Positions 20,548-32,942 of a DNA stretch of 64,000 nt are shown in pieces. A program made the position numbers and the translations under genes. Numbering within the stretch: the stretch's first letter is position 1; each line of letters starts with the position of its first letter. Location: NCBI GenBank assembly GCA_965644495.1, contig CBFFSA010000001.1:3844001-3908000 (forward strand), read 5' to 3'. The DNA comes from Perkinsela sp. CCAP 1560/9. Taxonomy: Eukaryota; Protista; Euglenozoa: Kinetoplastea. The notes under the pieces are model-generated. The model had not been told where the DNA came from. It saw only the letters and a program-made list of their open reading frames with translations, and ran no database searches.

Positions 20548-21468
20548 CAATTCCTCCCCTTTTGATGCCTCAAAGTAACGTAAATATAAACGTGATGATG
20601 ATCGAGAGTCGTGTGCCACACGTAGCACCCCGCATTCCACGAGTTCTACTAAATGTTGTAACCAAACCCCGGAGGATAGTTTCCTTATTTTCCCGTGAAA
20701 AGGGGGACAATTTATCTATTCAATAAAATTTTGGGTACTTTTCAATGCCGTGCAACATTTGATACCCCATGGTAAACCATTGTTTAGGTGTGTTGATGTA
20801 AAGAATCCAAGTTGTTCCTTCAGTATTTATGATGAATCTTCGTTAACAAAGAATTCGGGTATAAATGCATCAAGAAAAGCAACCGTTTGCTTTTTTTTTC
20901 TAGTTTTCTTTTTTTTTCTCCACCGAATAAGCACTTACGCGTTCACTATCGTCGGTCTGAATTTCTGATTCAATATTCCTACTAGGCGAGATATCCTGAA
21001 AAGCCGTATTCCGAGCGTCAACCCGAGACGACCGGTGTGTGCCTCGACACTTCCATATGGGAGGATCTATAACGCACCAACAATACTCCCCCCCCCCTTT
21101 GTTTTCTCTCCCCCGAACACTCCATATTTTTCAACTTCAAATCTTCTTAGGGGGGAGGACTCCCGTTACCATGCCTCAAGTGAGGATTAAGGAACTATTT
21201 TTTTTTTCGGCAATCGTAGTGCCAGGCAATCCAAGGCGAGTTTACTACGCCGAGATAATGGGGAGTTGCTGTTCCCCTGAACATGATACCATGGACAGGG
21301 CATAGCAACTCCCTCATTATCACTCCTTCGTAAGCACCATGTTACCGGGACCAAGCCCTAGGTGCCAGGCATGCCATAGCACGTCACAACTTCCCACCCT
21401 CTCCCTTCTGTTTTTATTCTGTTTTCACTTCATTAAAAAAACATGCTGAAGAGGAGGATGTATAGCGC

Positions 21469-22971
21469 AAATGGAACGGCAAGTGTGTCCCGAAGGACAC
21501 GGAGCCCATGGGCCTCCCAGCACGAATGCTGGGGCGGTGGTACCCCGAAGGGTACGGAGCCCATGGGCCTCGTTACAGAGGATGAATATATAAATGCAAC
21601 GGCAAGTGTGTCCCGAAGGACACGGAGCCCATGGGCCTCCCAGCACGAATGCTGGGGCGGTGGTACCCCGAAGGGTACGGAGCCCATGGGCCTCATTACA
21701 GAGGATGAATATATAAATGCAACGGCAAGTGTGTCCCGAAGGACACGGAGCCCATGGGCCTCCCAGCACGAATGCTGGGGCGGTGGTACCCCGAAGGGTA
21801 CGGAGCCCATGGGCCTCGTTACAGAGGATGAATATATAAATGCAACGGCAAGTGTGTCCCGAAGGACACGGAGCCCATGGGCCTCCCAGCACGAATGCTG
21901 GGGCGGTGGTACCCCGAAGGGTACGGAGCCCATGGGCCTCATTACAGAGGATGAATATATAAATGCAACGGCAAGTGTGTCCCGAAGGACACGGAGCCCA
22001 TGGGCCTCCCAGCACGAATGCTGGGGCGGTGGTACCCCGAAGGGTACGGAGCCCATGGGCCTCGTTACAGAGGATGAATATATAAATGCAACGGCAAGTG
22101 TGTCCCGAAGGACACGGAGCCCATGGGCCTCCCAGCACGAATGCTGGGGCGGTGGTACCCCGAAGGGTACGGAGCCCATGGGCCTCGTTACAGAGGATGA
22201 ATATATAAATGCAACGGCAAGTGTGCCCCGAAGGGTACGGAGCCCATGGGCCTCGTTACAGAGGATGAATATATAAATGCAACGGCAAGTGTGTCCCGAA
22301 GGACACGGAGCCCATGGGCCTCCCAGCACGAATGCTGGGGCGGTGGTATCCCGAAGGGTACGGAGCCCATGGGCCTCGTTACAGAGGATGAATATATAAA
22401 TGCAACGGCAAGTGTGTCCCGAAGGACACGGAGCCCATGGGCCTCCCAGCACGAATGCTGGGGCGGTGGTACCCCGAAGGGTACGGAGCCCATGGGCCTC
22501 GTTACAGAGGATGAATATATAAATGCAACGGCAAGTGTGCCCCGAAGGGTACGGAGCCCATGGGCCTCGTTACAGAGGATGAATATATAAATGCAACGGC
22601 AAGTGTGTCCCGAAGGACACGGAGCCCATGGGCCTCCCAGCACGAATGCTGGGGCGGTGGTATCCCGAAGGGTACGGAGCCCATGGGCCTCGTTACAGAG
22701 GATGAATATATAAATGCAACGGCAAGTGTGTCCCGAAGGACACGGAGCCCATGGGCCTCCCAGCACGAATGCTGGGGCGGTGGTACCCCGAAGGGTACGG
22801 AGCCCATGGGCCTCGTTACAGAGGATGAATATATAAATGCAACGGCAAGTGTGCCCCGAAGGGTACGGAGCCCATGGGCCTCGTTACAGAGGATGTATAA
22901 ATGCAACGGCAAGTGTGCCCCGAAGGACACGGAGCCCATGGGCCTCCCAGCACGAATGCTGGGGCGGTGGT
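21469..22971. repeat. 123-bp hairpin-rich satellite with 68-bp variant units
   Basis: Six 123-bp units, then (68+123+123) twice, then degenerate end. Confidence 0.95.
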
Positions 22972-23542
22972 AAGGAAATGTGGGGGGGGGGTCAAATGAA
23001 TAATATCCGCAAGGATCCTCATTTGTTTTCAAGTACAATCATAATTCACCTAGGCATGCTCTGTAAAGCACTTAAGAACACGCCATGTTGTTCTCCCTTT
23101 AATAATTCAATGTCTGAATGTAGTGCAACATGTAATTCCCTCCGATTTTCTCATGACAACCTGCTTGGCGTGCGGCACCGGAAAAAGAATCAGATTCCCC
23201 ATATTTCTTTACTTAGAAGATACTATGAGAGGCTTTTATTTGTCCACAATAACTGTAACAGCCCATGTCACGTTTCTGTACCTTTCTGTCATTTGAAAAT
23301 GCTCTTTTCTGACCCGTCCAATAAAAAGGAGGACGGAAAAAGCGAAAAAGTGGCCTAACTGCAGAATTTTGCACTTTGAAAAGTCAAAAGTTTTTGTATT
23401 TTTTTAAAAAATTAAAACATGCGGGAAACGCATTATCACATGACACGTAACTCTGCGAGAGCTCTCGAATGCGGTGCTACTTTCCAAAATTGGCCAAGTT
23501 ATAGAAATTTTGACCCCCCCCACATTTTCGTGCCCACCCCTG
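22972..23542. mobile_element. non-autonomous TIR element (family of 48383 and 57645), left end truncated by the satellite
   Basis: Right arm GAGAGCTCTCGAATGCGGTGCTACTTTCC...GTGCCCACCCCTG followed by TA. Confidence 0.65.
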
Positions 23543-24003
23543 TATGTACATCCCATATGTACATCCTGTATGTATATCCTAGAAATGAGGTGAATACCCT
23601 TTAATCCGTTTAAGGTGTAATCTCTCTGTTATCCCTCCCCCCCGGCGTTACGGTACCCCCCCCCACCTCTATGGTGGTATGTGGGAGGCGTGAGAATGTG
23701 GATGTGTGAGGGAGGGGGGAGATACCCTGTACAGGGGTCTACACCCCTGCACACCATACAGTGTACATACATTTTAGAAATGGGGTGAATACCTTTTTAC
23801 CCGTTTTAATGTGTAATCTCCCTGTTATCCCTCCCGTTCAATGGGTATAAATGGATGGGTTGGGTTTTAGCTTTCTTATAAACTTTACTTGCTTCTTATC
23901 CAAGGGGAGTTGGAGATGTAATGTGTAGCTATAGGAAGATTTTAAATTTCGTTGGATTATAATTTTTAGGTATTAGGGTATTAGATACTTTATCGTTGCA
24001 GCA

Positions 24004-24747
24004 ATGTTGTCTGAGGCATCGAACTCAGATTCGGGTTTTCCTGCTTCTGAGGCTGAGGTCGAAGCCTTTCGACTGTTGTACAACAGAGTAGTTCCAGAAT
24101 CACATGATATCTCTGTCACAAAAGCAGGTGAAAGAATTATTACGAAACAACACGTTGGCAATCTCTTTAATCATATGCAGCAAAAGGTAAAGAAGTTACA
24201 TGTAGATCACTTCAAACCTCTAGAATGGAAAGACCCAGCGAATAACAGGGATGCAGATGCCGAAGACGTTTGTTCATACAATCTCTCGAGCCATCTACTA
24301 CAAAATCTGGAACAAGATTACCACGCTCGACTGCGCGCCATGCTTCTTCGCTTGGAGGATCGTTTCAACGTGCTTTTGCGTAATTTTACTTCAGAGGCCC
24401 AAGAACTGGCTAAAACGCGCGTCAAGGCATTTTTAAAAAGCTGGCAGCCCACGAGATCTCCACCGCAAAAAGAGGACTCCGAATCCCTTGAAAATATCGT
24501 GGAACAAAACTTACTGATAAACGACATATCCGAACAGGGCATACATGAGACTTCGAGTTCTTGTGAGCCTCATGTCACAAGTCTTTTCCCCATGTCGACA
24601 AGCAACACATTTCTTTTTCACTCGCTTTACAATTTATGTGATCAACCTTGCCTTGAGCGTCGCTTTCGACACAGGCTAAAAGAAGAAGGAGTGGTAACAG
24701 ATAGAGGGGGGCGGGTCCCTCCAGAGTTGATTTCCCGCTCTTCATAG
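24004..24747 (+). CDS. hypothetical protein
   Basis: 247-aa ATG ORF on the cluster strand. Confidence 0.55.
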   Translation: MLSEASNSDSGFPASEAEVEAFRLLYNRVVPESHDISVTKAGERIITKQHVGNLFNHMQQKVKKLHVDHFKPLEWKDPANNRDADAEDVCSYNLSSHLLQNLEQDYHARLRAMLLRLEDRFNVLLRNFTSEAQELAKTRVKAFLKSWQPTRSPPQKEDSESLENIVEQNLLINDISEQGIHETSSSCEPHVTSLFPMSTSNTFLFHSLYNLCDQPCLERRFRHRLKEEGVVTDRGGRVPPELISRSS

Positions 24748-25509
24748 AAATGTATGTATAAAATAAAAATGTGTAGCTTTTCCTCCTTTGGATATCAACT
24801 TTCGTGATCTAGGAGATGCATGTAGGTAGTATCCCTTTACTGGGTAATATCACAGTCAATTGAGGGTAATAGGTTGTTAAATTGATAAGGTCTGGCAGTT
24901 GGCCAGCGGCTTATCGTACCGAGGAAGAAATCGAGAAAGCATCTTTATGCTAGAAGTTATTGGTCCGATTCGAGCTGTATTCATCAGGCTCAAGCTCAAA
25001 TCAACACAGAACATTTTTTCCTATTGCTATCCCCGAAGAGTCAAAATCATCTTGACCCAGAAGATCACAAAAGGAGAGTTATGAACCTATCCAACTTTGA
25101 TTGGATGCGAAATTAATCAGATATTGTTAATGGAATCGTGTTTATCTTGATATACAGTTTACAGAGTTTAATTTTCAAAAATATGTGTATTTCTAATTTG
25201 TGCAACTGTGCACACATCACCGTACAACTGTCCCTCCCTTCAACTATTGAAATAAAACACGTCCAAATGCTAGCTGAATACACAACAACATTGACATAGG
25301 AAGCCTAAATGCTACAACTCCTCGAGTACCAGGGGCATCATAGGATAATTGTACCTCAAATAAACTTATAACGCAAATAGTACAGTACCGATAGTACATT
25401 TTTTTAGCTAATTTCAGTCTGCAGTACAGATAGCACAGCAAATTTTCTAGAGTTTTTATCGTGTTGTCAACGAGTTTGGTAGAATTTTGTTTCCAGGTTT
25501 TTTACCGAT

Positions 25510-26205
25510 ATGATTATTTCCAGCATGCTACCCACGTGGGAATCTGCGGATTCATCTTCCGTCTCACGCCTTGGTAGAATAAACAAAATTACGCTTTCTC
25601 CCGAACTTCAGCTTTGTATGTTTTTGCAAAATGTGACTCACCCAGAGTACAATTGGAATCTGACAACTCCAATAGATAAATGGATTGGAGTCACCTGTGA
25701 TCAATCGGGGCAAGTCAAGGAAATTGCGTGGACAGCAAAGTTCTTGAAAGGCGCACTTTCATGGAGCTTCTTACCACACCAGCTCACAACACTCAAAATT
25801 TCTGAGAACCAATTTAGTCAGACAATAGAGTACACGGCGCTACCTGATTCCTTGCAGATTTTATACGGTAGTGAATGCCGCTTTTACGGAGAACTGCCTC
25901 TGAACTCTGTTCCGCGAAACCTGGATACTCTGTCCTTATATCGCAACGAACTAAGCGGGACCCTTGTGTTGCAGGACTTTCCACCAGAAATTCGTAATGC
26001 GTGGCTTCACGAGAATAAGTTCTCCGGTGAGATATCTTTACGTAATCTACCTTCTACCTTTAGGATGCTCTACCTACAAAACAATGATTTTGAAGGAGAG
26101 TTAGATGTATCAATTTTGCCTTGCGGAATGGATATTATCTTACATGGCAATTCATTTATTATTCAAGGTACGCATTCAGGGTATAAACCACACATTTATT
26201 CTTGA
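25510..26205 (+). CDS. LRR-only family protein
   Basis: TPIDKWIGVTC cap followed by LRRs. Confidence 0.9.
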   Translation: MIISSMLPTWESADSSSVSRLGRINKITLSPELQLCMFLQNVTHPEYNWNLTTPIDKWIGVTCDQSGQVKEIAWTAKFLKGALSWSFLPHQLTTLKISENQFSQTIEYTALPDSLQILYGSECRFYGELPLNSVPRNLDTLSLYRNELSGTLVLQDFPPEIRNAWLHENKFSGEISLRNLPSTFRMLYLQNNDFEGELDVSILPCGMDIILHGNSFIIQGTHSGYKPHIYS

Positions 26206-26311
26206 TATTATTTTCACTTCGGGAAGGAACAAGATAGTACAATAATAGGGCTATAATAGGGGAAGCTGGATTTTCGAGATGTACTAAAGTTGAACCTTGG
26301 GAGGAAAGGTA

Positions 26312-27760
26312 CTGTCCCCCCCCCTATTTACTATTGAGCGCTCAAACCCCCCTATTTAGAGTTGAATTTTGGGTTCCGTGCCTATAAGCGCCGCAGAGCG
26401 GCGCTTATTTTTTATTACTAAAAACTTTTTTTCTTATCGTGGCTTATTATTTGTGATTGTTTAGCGATTTCTAGTGCTTATTTTAATCATACATACTATC
26501 CCCCCTACCCTAGCGTTGCCTGGTTTTGGTGAAAAGCAACGCTAGGAGGGGTGGGGTCAAAAACAGGGCCCCAAGAATAAGCCGAAGATGTTGTGGGATG
26601 TGGTAAGGGATGTGGTGAGGAGTGTGAAAGCGCTTACGGTGGATAAGATACTGGACTGATTGACCTTAGACAAGACACGTCTTATTAAAAGGATTAAAAA
26701 CATGCATACAGTGGAATATTCAAATACAAGTCACATACACGATGGAATGCACTTTGGGTGAATGGCAATTTAGCATGGTCGACAGACTATGCCGGAACTT
26801 TTCTATGTTGTTTTGGGCCGAATGTGTAGCGTAACCGCAAAAGCTGTCGTACACTGAAAGAGAATGCTCACGAACATGCAAAAGAATAAAATGATGCGCA
26901 TAATAAAGGCAGGCGTATACCTGAGTAGAGTGAGTGATCTTCGGATGGAAGCGTTCTCTTACCATCATAATACTAGTCTGTGGAATGCTCCAGAGAGCGA
27001 CTTCCTCTACTGAAAAGGGAATTTGGTGGAATCTCCCTTTTTTTCCCCAACTTTTTCCCCACGAGACAAAGACGACGGTGGGAAACTCTACAAATCCCTG
27101 CGGATTCGGGGTCGGCGCCCTTATAGGCGTCGATCGAACCGCGGCCGATCAACAACTCCGAATAAACTCCGAGCTTCTTCTCGGAGTCGTGGAACTTGCG
27201 AAGAAGGTAATAATACTTTCGTTTTACACTAAGAAGCTCTTTTTTGTGGACTAATAGTTCTTCTTCAACTATTCTCAGACGTACAGAGAGATTGGGCAGA
27301 ATACAAAAGTTTGCTTCAACAGCGAAATCAAGCGGTTCATGTAGCGAGTTACCGACATCTGATTCAAACAAATCCGGAGCCGCAATATTCGACTGCATGT
27401 TATTTTTAGCTTCTAACGCATCCTTTAAAACTAGGGGATTATCTCTGGGTACTGGTAACGATTCTGTATCCGTGCAAAAACGCTTGGCTAAGTCCTCACG
27501 ATTTTCTTGTTCGTGACGCTCAACGCCTTTCAGGGAAGCGTATACGGCTATGCTCTCTTCCTCACTCCACTCATCCTCACAGATCGAGGAACCTGACTCA
27601 TCGTTTTACTCCCAGTCGGGATCTTCACTTGCAGAGAAGGCAAGTTCAGAGCTCGTATCCAAGTCACTAGATGACACAGGATACGTCGGAAAAGGCAACG
27701 CGACTCTGTTCAGAATCAAGAAGTCCAAGTGTCACAGGGATTACGTCACCTAATGGCATG
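26312..27760 (-). mobile_element. decayed element with Ulp1/C48-peptidase-like fragment
   Basis: HHFILLHVREHSLSVYDSF in ORF 26720-26968; TA-CTGTCCCCCCC transposon-type end at ~26310. Confidence 0.35.
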
Positions 27761-28041
27761 TCAAAAAAAACGAGTTAAAAGAGGAAGACTTCAAAAAAGC
27801 TTCATTATGTTAGTCAAAAATTGAAACTACGCTCATAAAGCTCAGAATCACGAGTATAAAACAATTTTCCGACATTCTCTATGGTGTACGTCCATTCTGC
27901 CTTTTAAATGACTTGAATCGGCTGAAGGACACAAATATAAGTGTGTTGCGTTATTTTCGAATGGGGGTGCATCGTCTTCGCATTTAATTTTATTTTATTT
28001 TATTTCTATATTCTAGAAACCTTCGGCTTGATTGCAGTACT

Positions 28042-28467
28042 ATGCAAGCACTTCGTATATGTCGACGATTACACGGACTACTGAAAAATGATTCAGGCGC
28101 ATCACACAGTATCGCCGTGCACGATAGCGAAAAGGGGATGGAAATTCGAAAAGAGATGGAGGAACTGTGTACACCAGATGTCAAATTCTTCAACTCGTGT
28201 AAGCTGTGCTCTTATGACGACATGCTACGGCGTACTTTGGAAATGAAGAATCATTCTCGGTATATCTATCGTTCTACAGAAGTCGATGTCGTCGAGGAAA
28301 ATCTGCATGACACTGTGTTGATGGGTCGGATGCATTTTATCTCAAGGGATAATTCAGCTTTGACGATTACACTACCGTTTCTTAGTTACCTGGAACTAGA
28401 TTCATCGCTAGAAAAATGTCAAACCTTACATCAACATATTGATGACAGTATATTTCTGCTATCTTGA
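28042..28467 (+). CDS. hypothetical protein
   Basis: 141-aa ATG ORF after an AT/pyrimidine tract. Confidence 0.55.
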   Translation: MQALRICRRLHGLLKNDSGASHSIAVHDSEKGMEIRKEMEELCTPDVKFFNSCKLCSYDDMLRRTLEMKNHSRYIYRSTEVDVVEENLHDTVLMGRMHFISRDNSALTITLPFLSYLELDSSLEKCQTLHQHIDDSIFLLS

Positions 28468-28611
28468 AGTTTCCGCTTACTTTGTTGAAATTATTCATTA
28501 GAATTTATTATTCTAATAAACGAATCATATTCAGTTCGTTTCTAAACTTCCTGCGATACGTTTTTTCTACTGTTACGCATTTGATTGTTGCTACTAATAC
28601 AAAATTGTCGT

Positions 28612-29496
28612 ATGGGTTTCCTTGCTCTTCTTGAGTTGAAAATGCTTTCTTCTCATGATCCCACAGAGTCTCCTTTGAAGAAGCGCCGAAAGTTTAACGT
28701 TTCCCTTCCCGACGATGCTACCGTACAGATCCCTCCAAGCACCCGATCGAGTGGGGCAAAGGTAAGCATGGCCAATTTACCTCAAGAATATGAACTCGTA
28801 CGTCTTGTACGTGATATTTTAAATCCGCACGAGACATGGGATGCGAAAACTCCAGCCTGCGAGTGGGACGGTGTCGGCTGCAGCCAGGGCGACGTCGTCA
28901 CGCGTATCCGCTGGACAGGCCGCGACCTCCACGGCTCACTCCATTTGTCTCATTTCATGCAAACGATGAAACGGTTCAACGTGGGGCGAAACGCGCTGAC
29001 GGGTGAAATCGATCTCCTCGACTTGCCCTCATCCTTGCGTTATCTTTGCCTCAGTGAGAACCGATTTGTGGGCGCATTGGATCTTACCTCGCTCCCGCAG
29101 AAGCTGGCAGAACTGGATATTTACGACAATTCGTTTACAGAAGGCGTGTGTTTGACGCGACTTTCTCCAGCTCTGGAGGGGTTGTATCTTTCCTCCAATA
29201 ATCTTACGGGATCGGTCGATTTGACTTCTCTGCCTCAGAGTATGAAACAACTTGGTTTACGGGACAACTTGCTTTCAGGTGAGATATCTCTAAGTCAGCT
29301 CCCGCAAAATCTCCTGGGGTTGTCTTTGCGTAATAATGACTTTTGTGGTGTCGTTGACTTTCGACGTCTCCCCTTTACGTTGCGCTGGCTTGATGTATCG
29401 GACAATGAGAGAATCACGGGCGAGATTGCACCCTCTCGGTACCTGAATTTGCAGTTTTCAGTCGCAAATACAGGAGTTCACGTAGTGGTTGAGTAG
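28612..29496 (+). CDS. LRR-only family protein
   Basis: KVSMANLPQEYEL, TPACEWDGVGC, about 8 LRRs; basic KKRRK in the N-terminus. Confidence 0.92.
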   Translation: MGFLALLELKMLSSHDPTESPLKKRRKFNVSLPDDATVQIPPSTRSSGAKVSMANLPQEYELVRLVRDILNPHETWDAKTPACEWDGVGCSQGDVVTRIRWTGRDLHGSLHLSHFMQTMKRFNVGRNALTGEIDLLDLPSSLRYLCLSENRFVGALDLTSLPQKLAELDIYDNSFTEGVCLTRLSPALEGLYLSSNNLTGSVDLTSLPQSMKQLGLRDNLLSGEISLSQLPQNLLGLSLRNNDFCGVVDFRRLPFTLRWLDVSDNERITGEIAPSRYLNLQFSVANTGVHVVVE

Positions 29497-29739
29497 CTTT
29501 TATGGCAATTTGAACTTAAACGCAGTTTTGGGACTACTTTTTTTCGAAAACCGTGCTGATTTTCAGCATGTTTCTATTCCATTACCCAAATTATCACAAG
29601 TATATCCATTGCCAAGATTGTCGCAAGTGATAATGCCAAAAGTATCACAAGTGTCGTTCAAGTAAGGGAATATTCTAGACCAGTGGTGACTTAATCAAGT
29701 TTGGTTCTTCATATCAAATTTAGTTTTCTACGCTTCGTC

Positions 29740-30699
29740 ATGCTTATTTTTCTAGCAGTTGACAGCAGTCCTCCACAAAAAAAGCGATGCATGGAATCAC
29801 AAACGGAAGTTCAAAAGTTGGAAACTCCACCGGGATCTACCAAAACTCGACTTGGTCGAATTCAAGCCGTAAATGTACCCCCTGAGTTCGCCATGCAGCA
29901 AGTCATCTCGCGTCTGGAGAATCCATTGCCCGAATGGAATAGTTCTGTACCCATCGATAAGTGGCCCGGAGTTGTGTGTTACGACGGCGTGATTGATGAA
30001 ATTAATTGGAGTAAATATGCACTGAAAGGACCCTTACTCTGGGGTCACTTGCCACAGACAATTACAGAAATACACCTCAAAGAAAATTATCTGAGTGGCA
30101 CCGTAGTTGTCGAGGCGTTACCTCCAGGTTTGGAGAAATTTACGGTATCGTATAATGAACTGGAAGGAACTCCCGATCTCGCTCATTTTCCAGATACGCT
30201 GAATCACTTGCGTCTAGAGGAAAACGATTTTTCGGGTGTTGTAGACTTTTCTTCCCTTCCTCCCTATTTGGTAACTTTATACTTGAATGGAAATGTGTTA
30301 AGTGGAGATGTGAAGTGGGACTCGCTTCCCAACTCACTAGAAGAAATTCACCTCTCCTACAACGAATTTTACGGCGAGGTGGCTTTGACAGAACTTCCAA
30401 GTAATCTAGTCGAGCTTCACGTTGATCACAATCACTTCAATGGAGAGATTCACCTTGGTTCATTATCATGTCCAAAGTATTTGAAAACTCTGTACCTGAA
30501 TGACAACGATCTAGAAGGATGGATAACTTCCAAATCACTTCCCGAATCTCTGCTGATCCTTAACGTTTCAAACAACTCGAAACTCACCGGTGAGGTGGAT
30601 TTAGAAAAGGTATCATACATGTATTTCTATTGTTTCGCTGAAACTAATATCACGTACATCAATTTAAATGAAGAAAATAGCCTCTTGAACTTAAGTTGA
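29740..30699 (+). CDS. LRR-only family protein
   Basis: VPIDKWPGVVC cap, about 9 LRRs, acidic. Confidence 0.92.
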   Translation: MLIFLAVDSSPPQKKRCMESQTEVQKLETPPGSTKTRLGRIQAVNVPPEFAMQQVISRLENPLPEWNSSVPIDKWPGVVCYDGVIDEINWSKYALKGPLLWGHLPQTITEIHLKENYLSGTVVVEALPPGLEKFTVSYNELEGTPDLAHFPDTLNHLRLEENDFSGVVDFSSLPPYLVTLYLNGNVLSGDVKWDSLPNSLEEIHLSYNEFYGEVALTELPSNLVELHVDHNHFNGEIHLGSLSCPKYLKTLYLNDNDLEGWITSKSLPESLLILNVSNNSKLTGEVDLEKVSYMYFYCFAETNITYINLNEENSLLNLS

Positions 30700-30971
30700 A
30701 CTGAGAAGAGAAAACGTGTATGGTTCCGGGCCTAAGAGCATCGTAGACCAGAAAGGAAGCAGTCCCACACCGAAAGAAAAATTTCGTATATTATAAAAAA
30801 AGTCACAAAAAATTATTTTGGGCCCCAAAAATCGTTATGTCAACTGTCCCCCCGGTATTTACTCCCAACTATTTTCTTGGAGCTTTGACGTGGTTAAATC
30901 ACGTGTTAAAAAACTGTGGTTCAGTAGTAGATAAAAAACTCTTTCCTTGCACATTTCTTATTTATCTATCC

Positions 30972-32310
30972 ATGAGGTTTTTGTATCGTGCGACAGATTC
31001 GGTGTCGGGCGTCTCACGTCCTGCCAAAGTCGGCGCACTTTCTTTACCAACAGAGTACCAGTTGATGCAACTTGTAAATGGCATTGAAAATCCTCATGCT
31101 ACGTGGAGCTCAGGTACACCCGCATGTGAATGGCGTGGTGTAAAATGTAATGAAGCAGGAAAGGTGGTTGATATTCGTTGGGATTCTATGGATCTCCGTG
31201 GGGTTTTTAATTGTGATCATTTATCCAGCGAATTAAAAGTGCTTATTGTTCATCGAAACGAACTGTCGGGAGAAGTTTCTTTTAATAATTTACCCGCTGA
31301 GTTGACCGCTCTTTACCTTGTTGGTACTTTTTTTTCCTAGCTCATCTTTTCTCTCCCGGAAACGGGCATATTTTTACACTGTCAATGCCCGTTTCCGGAT
31401 GGCGCTAGGAGAGGAACTGTCCCTCTTGTCGCAAAGTAGGGGTGCGCCTCCCTTCCCTCATCTCCCAGCACCCCGCTCGGAACACGGTTCCGAGTCCCCA
31501 TGCGCTGCAGGACCCTACTACGGGACCACGCGGCGTGCCTTCACTATCCGGCGACACCGGTACTTCTGCGCGTAGGAGGCTTCCATATACCGGAAGTCTC
31601 CCACACGGCGAGCAAACACGTTGTATGCGTGTTCTAGAGGATGTTCTATGCACCTCTCTTGCTCACCAGCCGTGGCGGATTCTGTGGGACCCCGATACCC
31701 ATGATGCTTCATGAACCATGACTCCATTTGCCAGCATGCATCCATGGCCCTGACCATGTTGTATCATGAACCATGGAAGTCATTTGTAGCATGTACGATG
31801 GGAATATCATCCGCGTCCCACAAATCCGTATATTTTTCCTGGCGCACTGCGCTTACAAAACATCTCGGGACATCTTATCCCGATGAGGCCTTCTCTTTTC
31901 GCTTTCCTGGGGAGGATATCCCGCGCTTTTCCCTGTGTTGCCTCGGAAGGCGAAAAGGTCCAGCAGGGAACGTTGATTGCGCTTACCCCTGCTCGACCTA
32001 ATTATCTCTACAGGTACTGCCCTGTATGAACAAACAACTTTGCATGAACCGATTCACCGGCCACCCTGATTTTCGTCATTTGCCGCAAAATTTGTGTGAA
32101 CTTCACATTGCCAATAATTATTTTGAAGGTCATGTAGTTCTAGATTCTCTTCCATCATCGCTAAATCTTTTGTATCTATCGTGGAATATGGAGCTAGAAG
32201 GAAAGCTGGTCGTGGGAGGGAATTTGGAATATTTAAGATATGACGTTCGCGGTACGAAAATTTCAGTGAGTGATGGTATCTTGTGGAACGATGAAGGTAA
32301 GTGGAAGTAA
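30972..32310 (+). pseudogene. LRR family gene split by a non-coding insertion (30972-31313 + 32035-32310)
   Basis: Removing 31314-32034 restores in-frame LPAELTAL^QLCMNRFTG. Confidence 0.88.
31314..32034 (+). mobile_element. 721-bp non-autonomous (SINE-like) retroelement, probable partner of the 7134-12763 LINE
   Basis: Starts TACCTTGTTG, ends with a hairpin then TGAACAAA, inserted at the same LRR position, no credible ORF. Confidence 0.7.
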
Positions 32311-32942
32311 GAATAATACAAGATAAATGATCGAAAAATTATCAATTCTCAATAAAAAACACGAATTTTGAACAATTCACATCATACATTGTATAGCATG
32401 AACTTTTTTTCTTTTCATTTTTTGATCAATTTCAGTCGAATTACAATGCGTCCAAGCTGTCAAACTATAATTCGTATGATACGTATTGTTAGTATACAGA
32501 AAATACTTCGACACAAAAATATACGTGTACAATTACGTAGAATCGAAAGCTTGTGTTGCATGTTATAAGTGTTAAAAACCTTTCAAATGTTTTCCTCGCA
32601 AAAAACAAGTTGGTTTACACTGCAGGTTCTGAAATATTTTGAGAAGTAAGAAAAACAATAGAAAAGAAGTTGACGTGTTTCCTCCTGAGAAAGTTTAATC
32701 GTTTCTCTGCGTGCTGAGGGTCAAACAACTACGAGATTTGTAGTCTAGATCGGCTCTATTCAGAGAACTTTTATTGTCTAGGGTGGGTAAAGTGAAGGAA
32801 AATTTGCCTTTTCCGAAAAAATATTAGTTTTCCCGAAACAATATTTTAAAAAGATACAAAAAAGTCTTTATCGTTGCTTCTATGATCTCCTTACGCCTTT
32901 ATTCACTCGCTCTTCATACTTCTTCGCTAAATTTCAATTGAA

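Noticed and set aside
21469-22971. Hammerhead ribozyme (CTGTAATGAG resembles CUGAUGAG)
   Set aside because: The core does not match and there is no GAAA partner segment.
21425-23038. Long repetitive ORFs and a CRISPR-like look
   Set aside because: The units are near-identical with no unique spacers; the ORFs arise because 123 is a multiple of 3.
31318-32001. Short ORFs inside the 721-bp insertion
   Set aside because: All are under 100 aa, overlapping, and carry no recognisable motif.
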